Positions 46,899 through 56,246 of a DNA stretch of 64,000 nucleotides are shown here, piece by piece. The notes under the pieces were generated by a model, which was not told the origin of the DNA, ran no database searches, and saw nothing but the letters and a program-made list of their open reading frames with translations. The DNA comes from Candidatus Thorarchaeota archaeon (lineage in GTDB: Archaea; Asgardarchaeota; Thorarchaeia; Thorarchaeales; Thorarchaeaceae): positions 1,104,099-1,168,098 of the forward strand of contig JAIZWL010000001.1 of NCBI GenBank assembly GCA_021498125.1. The letters are read 5' to 3'. The position numbers were made by a program, and so were the translations under genes. How positions within the stretch are numbered: position 1 is the first letter of the stretch; the number at the start of each line of letters is the position of its first letter.

Positions 46899-47739
46899 TT
46901 CTTGTCAAATAGTATTTCCAGATCTGTCTGCGTAGGTAATCTGAGAACACCCAATTATCAATGTCTCCTGTCAGAAGAAGACAAAATGAGGCACCATCTC
47001 TCCATTCACCCTTTTGTTTCCATTGTTGTACAGCCTCTGTTGGAGTAGGACACCACCCGTTTAGCTGTGTAGCATATTCGACAAGTTCTCTCAGGCAGCC
47101 AACATATTTCCGCTGGCCGATTCTGATTGGGTGCAGGTCGAACATGATGACCCCTCTATGCATGGATGCCTTCTTGACCTCATGCTTGAGCCGACGTGTG
47201 ATCTGTGGCGGCGTCATTCCAAGCGTGTCGATCATTCTATCATCGCTCCACACATTTAATGGAATGAAGACTGTGTCCGATTGCCTGCCATCGATAGGTA
47301 CCTGAAAGAACTGTGTTCTCTCCCGGTGTTCAGGTCTATACCCGAGACCTCCGTCCCAGATTAGTCCGTGTCTATCTATGAGTTCCGGCATGTCGTCTGT
47401 GTAATTATCATAGGGTGCACGAAAGCCTGTGATCTTCACGCCTATCTTTTGAAAGGCCTGCAGGCTTCTACGAAAGTCCTCTTCTCTTGCACTCGCTGAG
47501 ATCTGTGGATATCTGATATGATTGAACCCATGACTGGCCACTTCGTGACCCGCATCAGTGATCATTCTGATAAGGTCAGGTCTCATAGTGGCAACAGCAG
47601 CCACCGTGGGAAATGCGAACTTGGCATCGAAGGGTTTGAGGGTCTCAATTATATTGTTTAATAATTCTTTGAATGGTCTTCTATGAAGACTCATCATCTT
47701 GATAAATTGACGTGGGGCTCTGACGCCCCAACGTTTCAC
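46891..47739 (-). CDS. Polysaccharide deacetylase (NodB homology / CE4 family)
   Basis: The segment 'FAFPTVAAVATMRPDLIRMITDAGHEVASHGFNHIRY' and a later 'FRAPY' are characteristic NodB motifs. Confidence 0.8.
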   Translation of the reverse strand: MKRWGVRAPRQFIKMMSLHRRPFKELLNNIIETLKPFDAKFAFPTVAAVATMRPDLIRMITDAGHEVASHGFNHIRYPQISASAREEDFRRSLQAFQKIGVKITGFRAPYDNYTDDMPELIDRHGLIWDGGLGYRPEHRERTQFFQVPIDGRQSDTVFIPLNVWSDDRMIDTLGMTPPQITRRLKHEVKKASMHRGVIMFDLHPIRIGQRKYVGCLRELVEYATQLNGWCPTPTEAVQQWKQKGEWRDGASFCLLLTGDIDNWVFSDYLRRQIWKYYLTRSD

Positions 47740-47834
47740 GAGTTGTTGTGCATACCTTCCCGTGGACAGATCTCAGACCTCACCATTTTGTACATGCTGA
47801 ATCATCGTATGCATTTCATAAGAGTTGCGGACTC

Positions 47835-48743
47835 TCATTTGGCAATGAATTCATGAGCAATGAGTTCAAACAGCTCGTCTGTATATTGACGATCGACCTT
47901 TGCTTGGATATAGTTGCAGAGTTCAATGAAGTCCTTTGTTCTTGCATCTGCATCTGCACTACTGGCCAATATCTTCTTGGTAGTCTTGACCACCTGTCGA
48001 ACGACATTTTTGGCATGTTTGTACTCCTTCACAACCTTTGCAGTCTCCTGTTCAATCCTCTGTATCTGGCTCTTTATCCTGATGTCTGAGATCTTGTCAC
48101 TTCCTAGCGACTTAACGAGATCCATCAATACATCAAGGATGCCGTTCTGAAGCCCCGCTATTAATGCCTCGATCTCATAGGCTGTGAACTTTATCTCGGT
48201 CTCATTTACGGTGATCGACCATTTCAGATCACTGCTTCTATTGATTGTGATTTCTCGGTCGTCTATGTTCATATGTTCGACATAGAACCTGCTATCAACG
48301 CTGCTCACCAGAGAAGTCTTGAGCAGTGCCGCCTCCGTAATCTTGATCTTGGCACTCTGTCCACCATTCATGATGACAAGACAGAGACCGTTCTGTGGCT
48401 TGACCTTTTGGACATAATCTGATGCAGGGGCGACCTCGACAGGTGGAAGATTCTTGAGCAATTTTGCGAGATCACGTACTTCCCTTTCAGTCATGAAGTA
48501 CTGCTGGTTATCACCTGCAATCACGATAGTTCCATCTTCACTTCGTTCAAACTGAATTTTGTTGCCTCCGCCTACACCCGTTGTCTTGTGATAGACCTGT
48601 TTGTAGTTTCGGGCGGTCTGAGCAAGTTTCTCTAATGCTGCTGCTACCATATGGGCTTCTCCATACCCAATTGTGATCTCAGCAGATCCATCCGTGGCGC
48701 GACCGATGCCTAATGCACCATCTCTCCTTATCTTGACGTACAT
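47835..48743 (-). CDS. Hypothetical protein with three repeated beta + helix modules and a helical C-terminus
   Basis: It is a long ORF on the same strand as the two upstream genes. Recurrent units are 'AEITIGYGEAHMVAAALEKL', 'YFMTEREVRDLAKLLKNL', 'AKIKITEAALLKTSL' and 'IKFTAYEIEALIAGLQNGI'. The ORF opens at 48812, but ATG 48743 (MYVKIRRDG) is the likelier start. Confidence 0.6.
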   Translation of the reverse strand: MYVKIRRDGALGIGRATDGSAEITIGYGEAHMVAAALEKLAQTARNYKQVYHKTTGVGGGNKIQFERSEDGTIVIAGDNQQYFMTEREVRDLAKLLKNLPPVEVAPASDYVQKVKPQNGLCLVIMNGGQSAKIKITEAALLKTSLVSSVDSRFYVEHMNIDDREITINRSSDLKWSITVNETEIKFTAYEIEALIAGLQNGILDVLMDLVKSLGSDKISDIRIKSQIQRIEQETAKVVKEYKHAKNVVRQVVKTTKKILASSADADARTKDFIELCNYIQAKVDRQYTDELFELIAHEFIAK

Positions 48744-48854
48744 GATTAGACCCACTCTGACGTACGGGTTACTACAAAAAACTGTTGTGCATACAACATC
48801 AAGGTAGAACAAGTGCGCAGAAGGCTGTCCACCTTCTGCGAAATCAACTGTATA

Positions 48855-49214
48855 TCATATCGAGTCAGTGACATCGAACTTGAGGGTTCCTGCCTCCTTA
48901 GTCTTCAGGGCGATGTCGATCTTGTGTTCGCCTGCTGCTAAGGGATCCCCCTCAACTCGTAAGGTGATGTCTACCCCGACCTTTATCATGAATGGGCTGC
49001 TCTCAGAGACCTCTGAGGCCTTGACCTCAACGCCTTCCGCCTCGATAAAGGTGCTATCTAGAGGAATCTCCACATCGTCAATCTTGATTGGCTCCATCCC
49101 GATGGCTGTGCCTTGGGAGAGAGCGTTTTTCAGTTTGAATGAAAAGCCCTTGTCTGTATTAGTAAGGCTTTTCTTGACATAGAGCTTCCTCAATAGGAAA
49201 CTTGGAATCTGCAT
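48855..49214 (-). CDS. Hypothetical small beta-rich protein (119 aa)
   Basis: GGAGGA lies 7 nt upstream of ATG 49214, and a TATAAAAA-like box lies about 40 nt upstream on the minus strand. I recognise no motif. Confidence 0.6.
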   Translation of the reverse strand: MQIPSFLLRKLYVKKSLTNTDKGFSFKLKNALSQGTAIGMEPIKIDDVEIPLDSTFIEAEGVEVKASEVSESSPFMIKVGVDITLRVEGDPLAAGEHKIDIALKTKEAGTLKFDVTDSI

Positions 49215-49360
49215 AATTGTTCCTCCATATAGACGTACTTAATTTTCACAGCCCCCTCATTTTTATACATTCCGAACTGCATTATTCTCAATTACAATTT
49301 TGTTCTCTTATCTATTGGCTCGTGTGATCGAGAACTGGCCTGACTGTGTGAGCGTCAGTC

Positions 49361-49394
49361 TAAAATAAATAAATGACGCGGACTCGCCGCGTCA
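49361..49394 (-). terminator. Perfect 8-bp hairpin plus T-rich tract after the 1,086-aa gene
   Basis: TGACGCGG (49374-49381) and CCGCGTCA (49387-49394) flank a 5-nt loop, 8 nt beyond the TAG stop (49402-49404). On the minus strand it is followed by TTTATTTATTTTA. Confidence 0.5.
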
Positions 49395-49401
49395 CATTCG
49401 T

Positions 49402-52400
49402 CTATAAATCGCCAGGCTTGAGAAGTCTTGTCCGGGCTTGGAATATTGGTCCCGAGATTCCCATCACTATTTTTACGAAGTCTGGATCCTCGCTGACAAG
49501 CCCGATCACATCCCGGTCGTTCGCGGAGGCAGGGGCAAGCATGATCTCTTCGCTGTCCATGATACATGCATAGATGTCCTTCTCATTGCGAACTCTCACG
49601 CGCACATTACCTCGGCCGACTAATGGACCCGCTCGTTGTTCGAGTGGTCCTCCTTCCGTCACTACGAGTTCGACTCCCACGCTCGATTTGAGTTCAACAA
49701 GTAGTTCGGTGGGAATATCGTTCGGGTCGGGGATGATCATCGTGACCTTTGATTTGGCACGTTGGACCATGTCTTTCATGTGCGCGAGCACTGCACGGCG
49801 TGTGACGACCATCCATGTCTTTCTTGCACCCGGATAGTCTGACTTTTGTAAGGTGTCAAGTACCGTGGTCAGAATATTGGCTACCTGTGAGCCGCTATCT
49901 ACAGACGTTCCCGCAAAGGCCTCCTCTAATGTCTGTTCCGTGAGACCCAGCATTGGACTGCTCTCCGTCTCTGTGAGGAGTTTCTCCAGCGTAGTCTTGG
50001 CCTCGGCCACACTGCCCTCAAGTGCATTATATCCCTCAGTGATCATATCCACCAGAGCACTCTTGAGGGCGTCGAGAGAACTGGTCGTCTTGTCAAGGCT
50101 TGCGTCTACGAGCTCCACCGCCCGTGTCTTAAGTTTATCACCAGCGTCGGATCCGGTTCTCTTCAGTCGTTCTCCCAGCTCGTCCATGTTTGTGCGTGCC
50201 TCCTCGATTGTGGACTCGACCGCTGAACTTCTCTGTGATACGACTTTGTCTACTTCGCCCTCAGAGCGATTCACAATGGACTCTACGTGCGTTCGCATCT
50301 CTGTGGCCTTTTCGCCCAGATCCGTCTTGACCCCTTCAAGTGTAGTATTGATTCCTGATGTGAATGCAGTCTTTGCTTCTTCGAGAGCGGCTGCTACCGA
50401 GCTGAGGTCGTTATTGACAGTCTGTGATGTCGTCTCAAGAGCGCCACTTGTGGTGTTCTTTGTCTCGGCAAGTCGCTGTTGTGCTTCCTGATCGATCTCA
50501 CTTAGACGATCCATAATGGACGTCTTGGCAGATGTGCTCTCTTGGTGAAGCGAAGAGGTCCCATCCTCAATGGTGCCTGTGAGCGCTGTTGAGATGGACT
50601 CTACAGTCTGTTGGACCGAGTCATGTAGTTGTTGTGAGTCCTGCGAGACCTTCTGGAGGGCGGCCTCTGTGGCCTCCGCAGTCGTGCGTGTAAGATGATT
50701 GACTGTTGCGCTCGTCTTGGACTTTGTAGTAGTCACTGCTTCTGCGATATTGGTTGTGATGTTCTCGAGAATTGTTCTGGTTTCGGTGGCCGTCTGTTCC
50801 ATTGTCTGACGGCTTGCTGCAATGGTCTCCTCATGTCTGAGCTGCACGTTATTGACGGTCTGTTCCTTGACAGTTCTAATCTTATCTAACATTGCAGTTC
50901 TAGACTCAGCAGTCCTCCCAAGTAGTGTACTCACGGACTCGGCCTCACGAGATATCGCTGCATTAATGGAGGACTCAATCCGTCTTGACATATCATCATG
51001 TGCAGTCCTGTACGTGGTGAGTTGTTCCGAAAGTGCGTTCTCGATCTGTTGGAGCTGGTTCTCAACAGCCTGCATGATCTCAGAGACCGCAGACTCCGCC
51101 ATCGACTGTATTTGCTGTGTCGCCTGACTGGTGGCTGCTTGAATTCGTGACTGAAGATCCTCTGTCAGTGTTTTCAGTTCGTCTGTGGTCTGCGACGCAT
51201 AGGCGTTGACCTTTGACTTGAGGCTCTCTGATATGGTTGTGAGTTCACGAGAGAGTGTTGCTCTTGTATTATCAAGGAGTTCGGTGTTGGTGTTGAGCGA
51301 TTGTCTATTCAGTTCAGTTAATGAGTTGCCCGTCTGATGGAGCGAGTCTTCAAGGGCGCTCTTCAGTTCTTCAAGGCTGGCCTCTGTGGAGCTGATGAAC
51401 TCGTTGGTAGCCACCTCTGAACTTCCCACTAATGTGTTGCCAGCATCTTTGGCTATCGTGCTGAGAGATTCCGAGGTGCTGACAATGGTCTGGTCCTCAA
51501 CACGTAGGAACCCTTCGATCTGATCCGAGAGCGAGTTCTTCGCTGTGTCCACTGTAGTGGCAAGCTCGGCCATTGTTGTATCTAGATCGGTTCTAAATTC
51601 TTCAGTGAATCTTTCATGATCTTGGCTCATCTGTTGGACTATCTGTTCCAACTTTGATTTGTGATCCACGAGTAGACCATCGGTACTACTCTGAAGTTCC
51701 TCTAACTGGGATACTCCCTGATTCTTTACAGTGTCAAGGCCCTCGGCCATACGACTGGTGATGTTATCAATGATTGTACCCAACGTGTTCTTGGCATCTG
51801 TGACTGTGGACTCAATTCTCTTTGTTGCATCTTCCACTGTCGCTGTGGTAGAAGTCCCGGCCGTTCCGATGTATTGAGTGACATTTTCTTTTGCGGAGTG
51901 GATAGACGCTACAGCCCTACTGTATTGTGTTTCGGCAGTCTCCTGAACAGTCAATCCTTGAGCATCAATGCTTGATCCCGCTCTCTCCTCAAAGGTGTCC
52001 ACCACCGAGTGCAGGTCATTTGACGTATCCCCTGTGATGCTCTTTGCGGAAGATGCCCATGACTTCATGTCGGCTATCAGTGAGTTGGCAATGCTGGCGA
52101 TACTGTTCTTTGTATCTGCTATGACCGGATCGATCATGTGTGGCAGTTCGCTCTCCCATTCACCAAGGGTCGCTTCTGCTTGAGTTGCAAACACCCGCTT
52201 GTCCTCGGCTAATGTCCCTTTTGCGGAGGTGAGCGAATTCTCCACTTGTGAAACGCTCTCACCTTTCTTGGAGGCCATCCTCTCCGCCTGTGCTGTCAGA
52301 TCCCCTGAGGCCTTGCCTGCACTCTCTACCAGTGCATCACGTACTTTCTTTGAGGCCTCAGCGACCTGCGACTTCAGATCATCCCGGATCTTCCCAATTT

Positions 52401-52662
52401 GGGTTCCCAGATCTCTCAACTCAGCAGCGAGCCCCTCGAAGGGCGGAACTGCTTGGTAACGCGGAATTATCCCCGGTAACTCGATTGCGAGTTTCATGTC
52501 AACAAGGTTCTTCACTAGTTCCTCAGCCTTATCATAATCGACATCAAGTAATAGGCTCACATCGCCTGTTGTGATGTTGCCAGTTGCAAGCATGAGCGAG
52601 TATGTCTTCATTCCGTGCTCATCGAGTCCGGTAATTTTATCCACGGCATTCTGTTCTGTCAT
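49402..52662 (-). CDS. Giant TrmB-like protein: N-terminal wHTH, roughly 800-aa Ser/Thr/Glu/Ala-rich helical repeat region, C-terminal TrmB_C-like domain
   Basis: GAGGAG lies 4 nt upstream of ATG 52662 (the ORF opens at 52692). The wHTH is 'TYSLMLATGNITTGDVSLLLDVDYDKAEELVKNLVDMKLAIE'. The C-terminus is 'VTMIIPDPNDIPTELLVELKSSVGVELVVTEG...VRVRVRNEKDIYACIMDSEEIMLAP'. The middle is continuous amphipathic-helix-like low-complexity sequence. Confidence 0.75.
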   Translation of the reverse strand: MTEQNAVDKITGLDEHGMKTYSLMLATGNITTGDVSLLLDVDYDKAEELVKNLVDMKLAIELPGIIPRYQAVPPFEGLAAELRDLGTQIGKIRDDLKSQVAEASKKVRDALVESAGKASGDLTAQAERMASKKGESVSQVENSLTSAKGTLAEDKRVFATQAEATLGEWESELPHMIDPVIADTKNSIASIANSLIADMKSWASSAKSITGDTSNDLHSVVDTFEERAGSSIDAQGLTVQETAETQYSRAVASIHSAKENVTQYIGTAGTSTTATVEDATKRIESTVTDAKNTLGTIIDNITSRMAEGLDTVKNQGVSQLEELQSSTDGLLVDHKSKLEQIVQQMSQDHERFTEEFRTDLDTTMAELATTVDTAKNSLSDQIEGFLRVEDQTIVSTSESLSTIAKDAGNTLVGSSEVATNEFISSTEASLEELKSALEDSLHQTGNSLTELNRQSLNTNTELLDNTRATLSRELTTISESLKSKVNAYASQTTDELKTLTEDLQSRIQAATSQATQQIQSMAESAVSEIMQAVENQLQQIENALSEQLTTYRTAHDDMSRRIESSINAAISREAESVSTLLGRTAESRTAMLDKIRTVKEQTVNNVQLRHEETIAASRQTMEQTATETRTILENITTNIAEAVTTTKSKTSATVNHLTRTTAEATEAALQKVSQDSQQLHDSVQQTVESISTALTGTIEDGTSSLHQESTSAKTSIMDRLSEIDQEAQQRLAETKNTTSGALETTSQTVNNDLSSVAAALEEAKTAFTSGINTTLEGVKTDLGEKATEMRTHVESIVNRSEGEVDKVVSQRSSAVESTIEEARTNMDELGERLKRTGSDAGDKLKTRAVELVDASLDKTTSSLDALKSALVDMITEGYNALEGSVAEAKTTLEKLLTETESSPMLGLTEQTLEEAFAGTSVDSGSQVANILTTVLDTLQKSDYPGARKTWMVVTRRAVLAHMKDMVQRAKSKVTMIIPDPNDIPTELLVELKSSVGVELVVTEGGPLEQRAGPLVGRGNVRVRVRNEKDIYACIMDSEEIMLAPASANDRDVIGLVSEDPDFVKIVMGISGPIFQARTRLLKPGDL

Positions 52663-52828
52663 GTTTCTCCTCATCCCAAGAATTACGGTCAATCTTTTTT
52701 GAGCCCTGTTCCCAATATCTCTTGTGTATTTTTTCTTTACAGAGCCGCATTGAATACTCGTTTCTTATCTGCGAAAAGTTATATGTGGATTTGGAATGAC
52801 ACACTCAAACGCCTCAGTGGGGAAAATA

Positions 52829-53176
52829 ATGCAATTCTTTAATCCATTTGATATGTCCGGAATATTTGGTTTCGCAATGCTGATGTTTCTTATACCAATC
52901 ATCTTTTTTGTTATCATTCTCATTGTGGTCCTAAAGTTCGCAACTGGTGCTGGCAATGCGGTAAGCACGTTTGTAACAAGTATGCCAAGTTTTGCCGATG
53001 CGAGTGCTCCCTCTGTACGTTCAGATGGTGCTGATCTTCGTACTGTGCGCTTACCTGCCAAGTGTCCATCCTGCGGGGCCGATCTCTCGACTGAGAGCAT
53101 TGACTGGGTGGGGCCGCTTGAGGCAAGGTGTTCCTATTGTGGCGCGACTGTGCGAGCCAAATTTGAACGCGTGTGA
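52829..53176 (+). CDS. Small membrane protein with C-terminal zinc ribbon
   Basis: A TM helix (IFGFAMLMFLIPIIFFVIILIVVLKF) is followed by 'CPSCGADL...CSYCGATV'. The ORF opens at 52796. ATG 52829 follows GGGG. Confidence 0.6.
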   Translation: MQFFNPFDMSGIFGFAMLMFLIPIIFFVIILIVVLKFATGAGNAVSTFVTSMPSFADASAPSVRSDGADLRTVRLPAKCPSCGADLSTESIDWVGPLEARCSYCGATVRAKFERV

Positions 53177-53291
53177 CAGTAATATTTTAAATATGACCTT
53201 ATTAGAATTGATAGGCTATCAAAGTCCATCCGACAACATTACATGATATTACCTGGAAAACATCATAGTTATTAGACCTGTACTGTTATGA

Positions 53292-53576
53292 ATGAGGTAC
53301 GTGACCACCGTGACCGTAGCGCTAGAAATGAAACATGATGGGACATCCTCCCAAATAGACCTCTCCATTAATGATCTAAAGGCCGATAAGGTCTATTGTG
53401 TTGTTGATGAGAAGAACCGATCTATCTATATTTGGCAGGGCCGTGATGCTGGAGTGCGCCACAAGTTCGTAGGTGCCACAGTTGCCCGGGAGCTCCGCCT
53501 TGAACAGGGGCCGCACTTTCGAGTAAAGGCTGTCCAACAGGGCGAAGAACCACAATCGTTCCTGCAATTATTATGA
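53292..53576 (+). CDS. Single-domain gelsolin/cofilin-like protein (Asgard 'ProGel'-type, tentative)
   Basis: The segment 'LKADKVYCVVDEKNRSIYIWQGRDAGVRHKFVGATVARELRLEQG...FRVKAVQQGEEPQSFLQLL' follows the gelsolin-repeat pattern (L.s.d.yil....iy.W.G..a...e...a...a..l......v.eG.EP..F..lF). Confidence 0.6.
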   Translation: MRYVTTVTVALEMKHDGTSSQIDLSINDLKADKVYCVVDEKNRSIYIWQGRDAGVRHKFVGATVARELRLEQGPHFRVKAVQQGEEPQSFLQLL

Positions 53577-53650
53577 TCTGTGACTCGCCACAACATTCTA
53601 TAGAGCTTCATCTCTCCTCATTGATGAGGTAAGCCCTATTGAGAGGTCTA

Positions 53651-54682
53651 ATGAAGACTGCAAGAGGTCCAGATAATCTGGAGTTACGCGAAGTTGATGA
53701 ACCTTCACCTCATCGTGGTGAGGTGCTTGTGGAGGTGGCAGCCGCAGGGATCTGTGGTTCTGATGTCCACATCAAACACGACACTGCTTTCTATACGCCT
53801 CCTGTGATTCTCGGTCATGAATATTCGGGGCGTGTAATTGCAGTTGGGGAAGGTGTTGAGAACATCCAAGTTGACGATCAAGTTGTAGGTCCTGCCACAG
53901 CGTATTGCGGTCAGTGCTATCACTGCAAGACTGGCCACATGAATCGATGTACTGCTCCTGACAAACGGATTATTGGTGTATCCCGTGCTAATGGTGCATT
54001 TGCAAAATACGTGGTCATTCCCGAATATATTGTCCACAAGATCCCAAAGGGTCTCTCACTGGAGGAGGCAGCTCTGTCCGAGCCCACTGCCTGTGTAGTA
54101 CATACTCTTGTTGAGGAGACCCCCATTAAACCTGGTGACACTGTATTGGTGCAGGGTCCCGGCACGACTGGTCTTCTCTCTATTCAGATTGCCAAGGCCA
54201 TGGGTGCTTCACGTGTCATTGTTACAGGTGTCACATCTGATCGTTGGAGGCTCGACATTGCAGAGAAGATCGGGGCGGATCTGACAATTGATGTTCAGGC
54301 GGAAAAAGATGCTGTCGATATAGTACGTGATTATACCGATGGTATTGGTGCAGATGTTGTCATTGAGGCCTCAGGTGCAGGGCCCGCAAGGCGACAGGCC
54401 TTTGAGTTTGTCAAGGTGACAGGCTATATCTCCCTCATTGGTCTACAGGGACGACCTGTCGATGTGAACCTTGATGATATTGTGACAAAGGAACTTCATG
54501 TGCTTGGGACCTGGGGAACACTCCCCTCTACGTGGGTGACCACACTCAAGATGATGGCCTCTCGGCAGATTGATGTTGCCCCCCTGATCACCCATCGTAT
54601 CAGTCTGAGTGAGTGGAAGAAGGGATTTGAGTTGATGGAGTCCCAACAAGCGATAAAGGTCCTATTTACCGACCTGAACTAG
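53651..54682 (+). CDS. Zn-dependent medium-chain alcohol/polyol dehydrogenase (threonine/sorbitol dehydrogenase-like)
   Basis: The catalytic Zn site is 'GICGSDVH...GHEYSGRV'. The structural Zn site is 'CGQCYHCKTGHMNRC'. The NAD fold is 'VLVQGPGTTGL'. The ORF opens at TTG 53639. Confidence 0.9.
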   Translation: MKTARGPDNLELREVDEPSPHRGEVLVEVAAAGICGSDVHIKHDTAFYTPPVILGHEYSGRVIAVGEGVENIQVDDQVVGPATAYCGQCYHCKTGHMNRCTAPDKRIIGVSRANGAFAKYVVIPEYIVHKIPKGLSLEEAALSEPTACVVHTLVEETPIKPGDTVLVQGPGTTGLLSIQIAKAMGASRVIVTGVTSDRWRLDIAEKIGADLTIDVQAEKDAVDIVRDYTDGIGADVVIEASGAGPARRQAFEFVKVTGYISLIGLQGRPVDVNLDDIVTKELHVLGTWGTLPSTWVTTLKMMASRQIDVAPLITHRISLSEWKKGFELMESQQAIKVLFTDLN

Positions 54683-54686
54683 AAGG

Positions 54687-55034
54687 TCATTTCTTTCGCG
54701 GGGCCCATTCATCAAGAGCATCTTGCACATGTGCGATGTGTGACACTGCTGGGCCACCGCCCATTACAATGGCAACACCACAGGCCTCCATGATCTCATC
54801 TCGTGTTGCGCCCGCCTCAATCGCCTTTTTAGTATGATATACAATGCACGACTCACAAGGTGCAAGAACTGAGGCGACAATGCAGATGATCTCCTTAAAC
54901 TTGGCTGGTAGTGCACCATCCACATGAACGGTCTTGAGAAGATCCGTGTACGCATTGCGTGTGTCGGGAATATCTCTGTTTAGTGCTCCGAAGTGTCGCA
55001 TGAAGCTCTTCAGGGTCTTTTCCACATCATTCAT
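54687..55034 (-). CDS. Carboxymuconolactone decarboxylase / AhpD-like family protein
   Basis: The segment 'LPAKFKEIICIVASVLAPCESCIVYHTKKAIEAGATRDEIMEA' carries the CxxC motif in the AhpD-like position. Confidence 0.75.
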   Translation of the reverse strand: MNDVEKTLKSFMRHFGALNRDIPDTRNAYTDLLKTVHVDGALPAKFKEIICIVASVLAPCESCIVYHTKKAIEAGATRDEIMEACGVAIVMGGGPAVSHIAHVQDALDEWAPRKK

Positions 55035-55064
55035 CGCAAGGTCTCCGTGCTAGCTGGTGAGGGT

Positions 55065-55862
55065 CTATCGTGATACGGGATAGCCCAGATTCCACTCTGG
55101 CTTCGAGTAGCGAGTTCGATATAAAGCCTCTGCAAGGTCCATCTCATTCCTCTTCCACGAACCCCTCTCTAGCTCGCACTGAGTGATCTTCTCAATCACA
55201 TTAATTATGGTGTTCTTGATCTCATCTGACGATGGAGGATCTTGTAGCTCCCGAATGATTGTCGTGACGGTGTCCCTCTTACTCTCTAGGCACCTCGTCA
55301 TATTGGGCTCCCGTAAATAGACTGGCTGATTCTCTGATGGCATGAGCGACATCGCAAGCCTGTCAAGATCCGCATCAATCAAAAGTGTCCCGTGGATAAA
55401 TGACACCCCTCGTTTTATCCATCCTGCAGTTCCAGTGATTTTTTTCCCATTAATTCTGATGCACGATCTGTACGAGTCGAATGTGCTTGGAATTCCGATC
55501 TCTCTGAGACCAGTTGCTATCCCACCTATGAAATTGAAGTATAGCTCTGGCAATGTTCGTGACACGTACTGTTCTGACTGATCCATGCATAATGCGAAAT
55601 TAAGATTCCCAAGATCGTGGAATACTGCTCCGCCTCCTGTAAATCTTCGCGCAATCGAAATATTATTATTATTGCAGTACTTGAAATTCACTTCTTTATG
55701 AGAGCACTGAAACCTTCCAATGACGACCGCGGACTCGGCCCTCCAGAATCTTAGTGTGCTGATCTTCTCATGGCGCTGGGCATTTGTTCTCGCAAGTGCC
55801 TCCTCAAGGGCAAGACTGTGGAATATGTCTTCTTTTCCCTCATCGATGAGTCGCCATGTCAC
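55065..55862 (-). CDS. lplA: Lipoate-protein ligase A, catalytic (N-terminal) domain only
   Basis: The segments 'LALEEALARTNAQ...LRFWRAESAVVIGRFQ', 'RRFTGGGAVFHDLGNLNF' and 'INGKKITGTAGWIKRGVSFIHGTLLIDADL' are present. Confidence 0.85.
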   Translation of the reverse strand: MTWRLIDEGKEDIFHSLALEEALARTNAQRHEKISTLRFWRAESAVVIGRFQCSHKEVNFKYCNNNNISIARRFTGGGAVFHDLGNLNFALCMDQSEQYVSRTLPELYFNFIGGIATGLREIGIPSTFDSYRSCIRINGKKITGTAGWIKRGVSFIHGTLLIDADLDRLAMSLMPSENQPVYLREPNMTRCLESKRDTVTTIIRELQDPPSSDEIKNTIINVIEKITQCELERGSWKRNEMDLAEALYRTRYSKPEWNLGYPVSR

Positions 55863-55979
55863 TAATCATTCCTCTCGTTTCAGGAATCAACAAATTGTAC
55901 ATCTTGTGAACAATGGGGGTTTTTGCTTCACGTTCCACGATCGAGATTTAACCGCATTAATGGACGGGCCTATACGCGC

Positions 55980-56246
55980 TCATATGTCAGGAAGAAACTC
56001 TCTGATGTGTTTTTCCCATTTTGGTGCTAGGATGAGGACCTTACGAGCACACTCTTCAGCCTTGGCCTTCTGGCCTAGCTGATGATGGAGTTTTGCCTTG
56101 TAGTACCATGCCTTTGCAAAGCCCGCGTCGAGCGCAATTGCCTCTTCATATGCCTCCAATGCTTTGTCAAACTCGCCTTTTTGTTCGTATACCCGTGCAA
56201 CATTGAACCAATCGTACTGTGTTCTCTCTTCAATTTCGGCAGCCAT
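55980..56246 (-). CDS. Small TPR-repeat protein
   Basis: Two TPR units are present ('WFNVARVYEQKGEFDKALEAYEEAIALDAGFAKAWYYKAKLHHQLGQKAKAEECARKVL'). Confidence 0.7.
   Translation of the reverse strand: MAAEIEERTQYDWFNVARVYEQKGEFDKALEAYEEAIALDAGFAKAWYYKAKLHHQLGQKAKAEECARKVLILAPKWEKHIREFLPDI

Noticed and set aside
49438-52574. Long plus-strand ORFs (up to 212 aa, e.g. 49853-50491) antisense to the 1,086-aa helical-repeat gene
   Set aside because: They are Ser/Ala/Val-rich low-complexity translations of the antisense of a biased repeat region, with no start context or motifs.
52765-53100. 111-aa minus-strand ORF overlapping the Zn-ribbon membrane protein gene
   Set aside because: The plus-strand product has a coherent TM helix plus a CxxC...CxxC ribbon and a plausible start context. 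The antisense product has no features.
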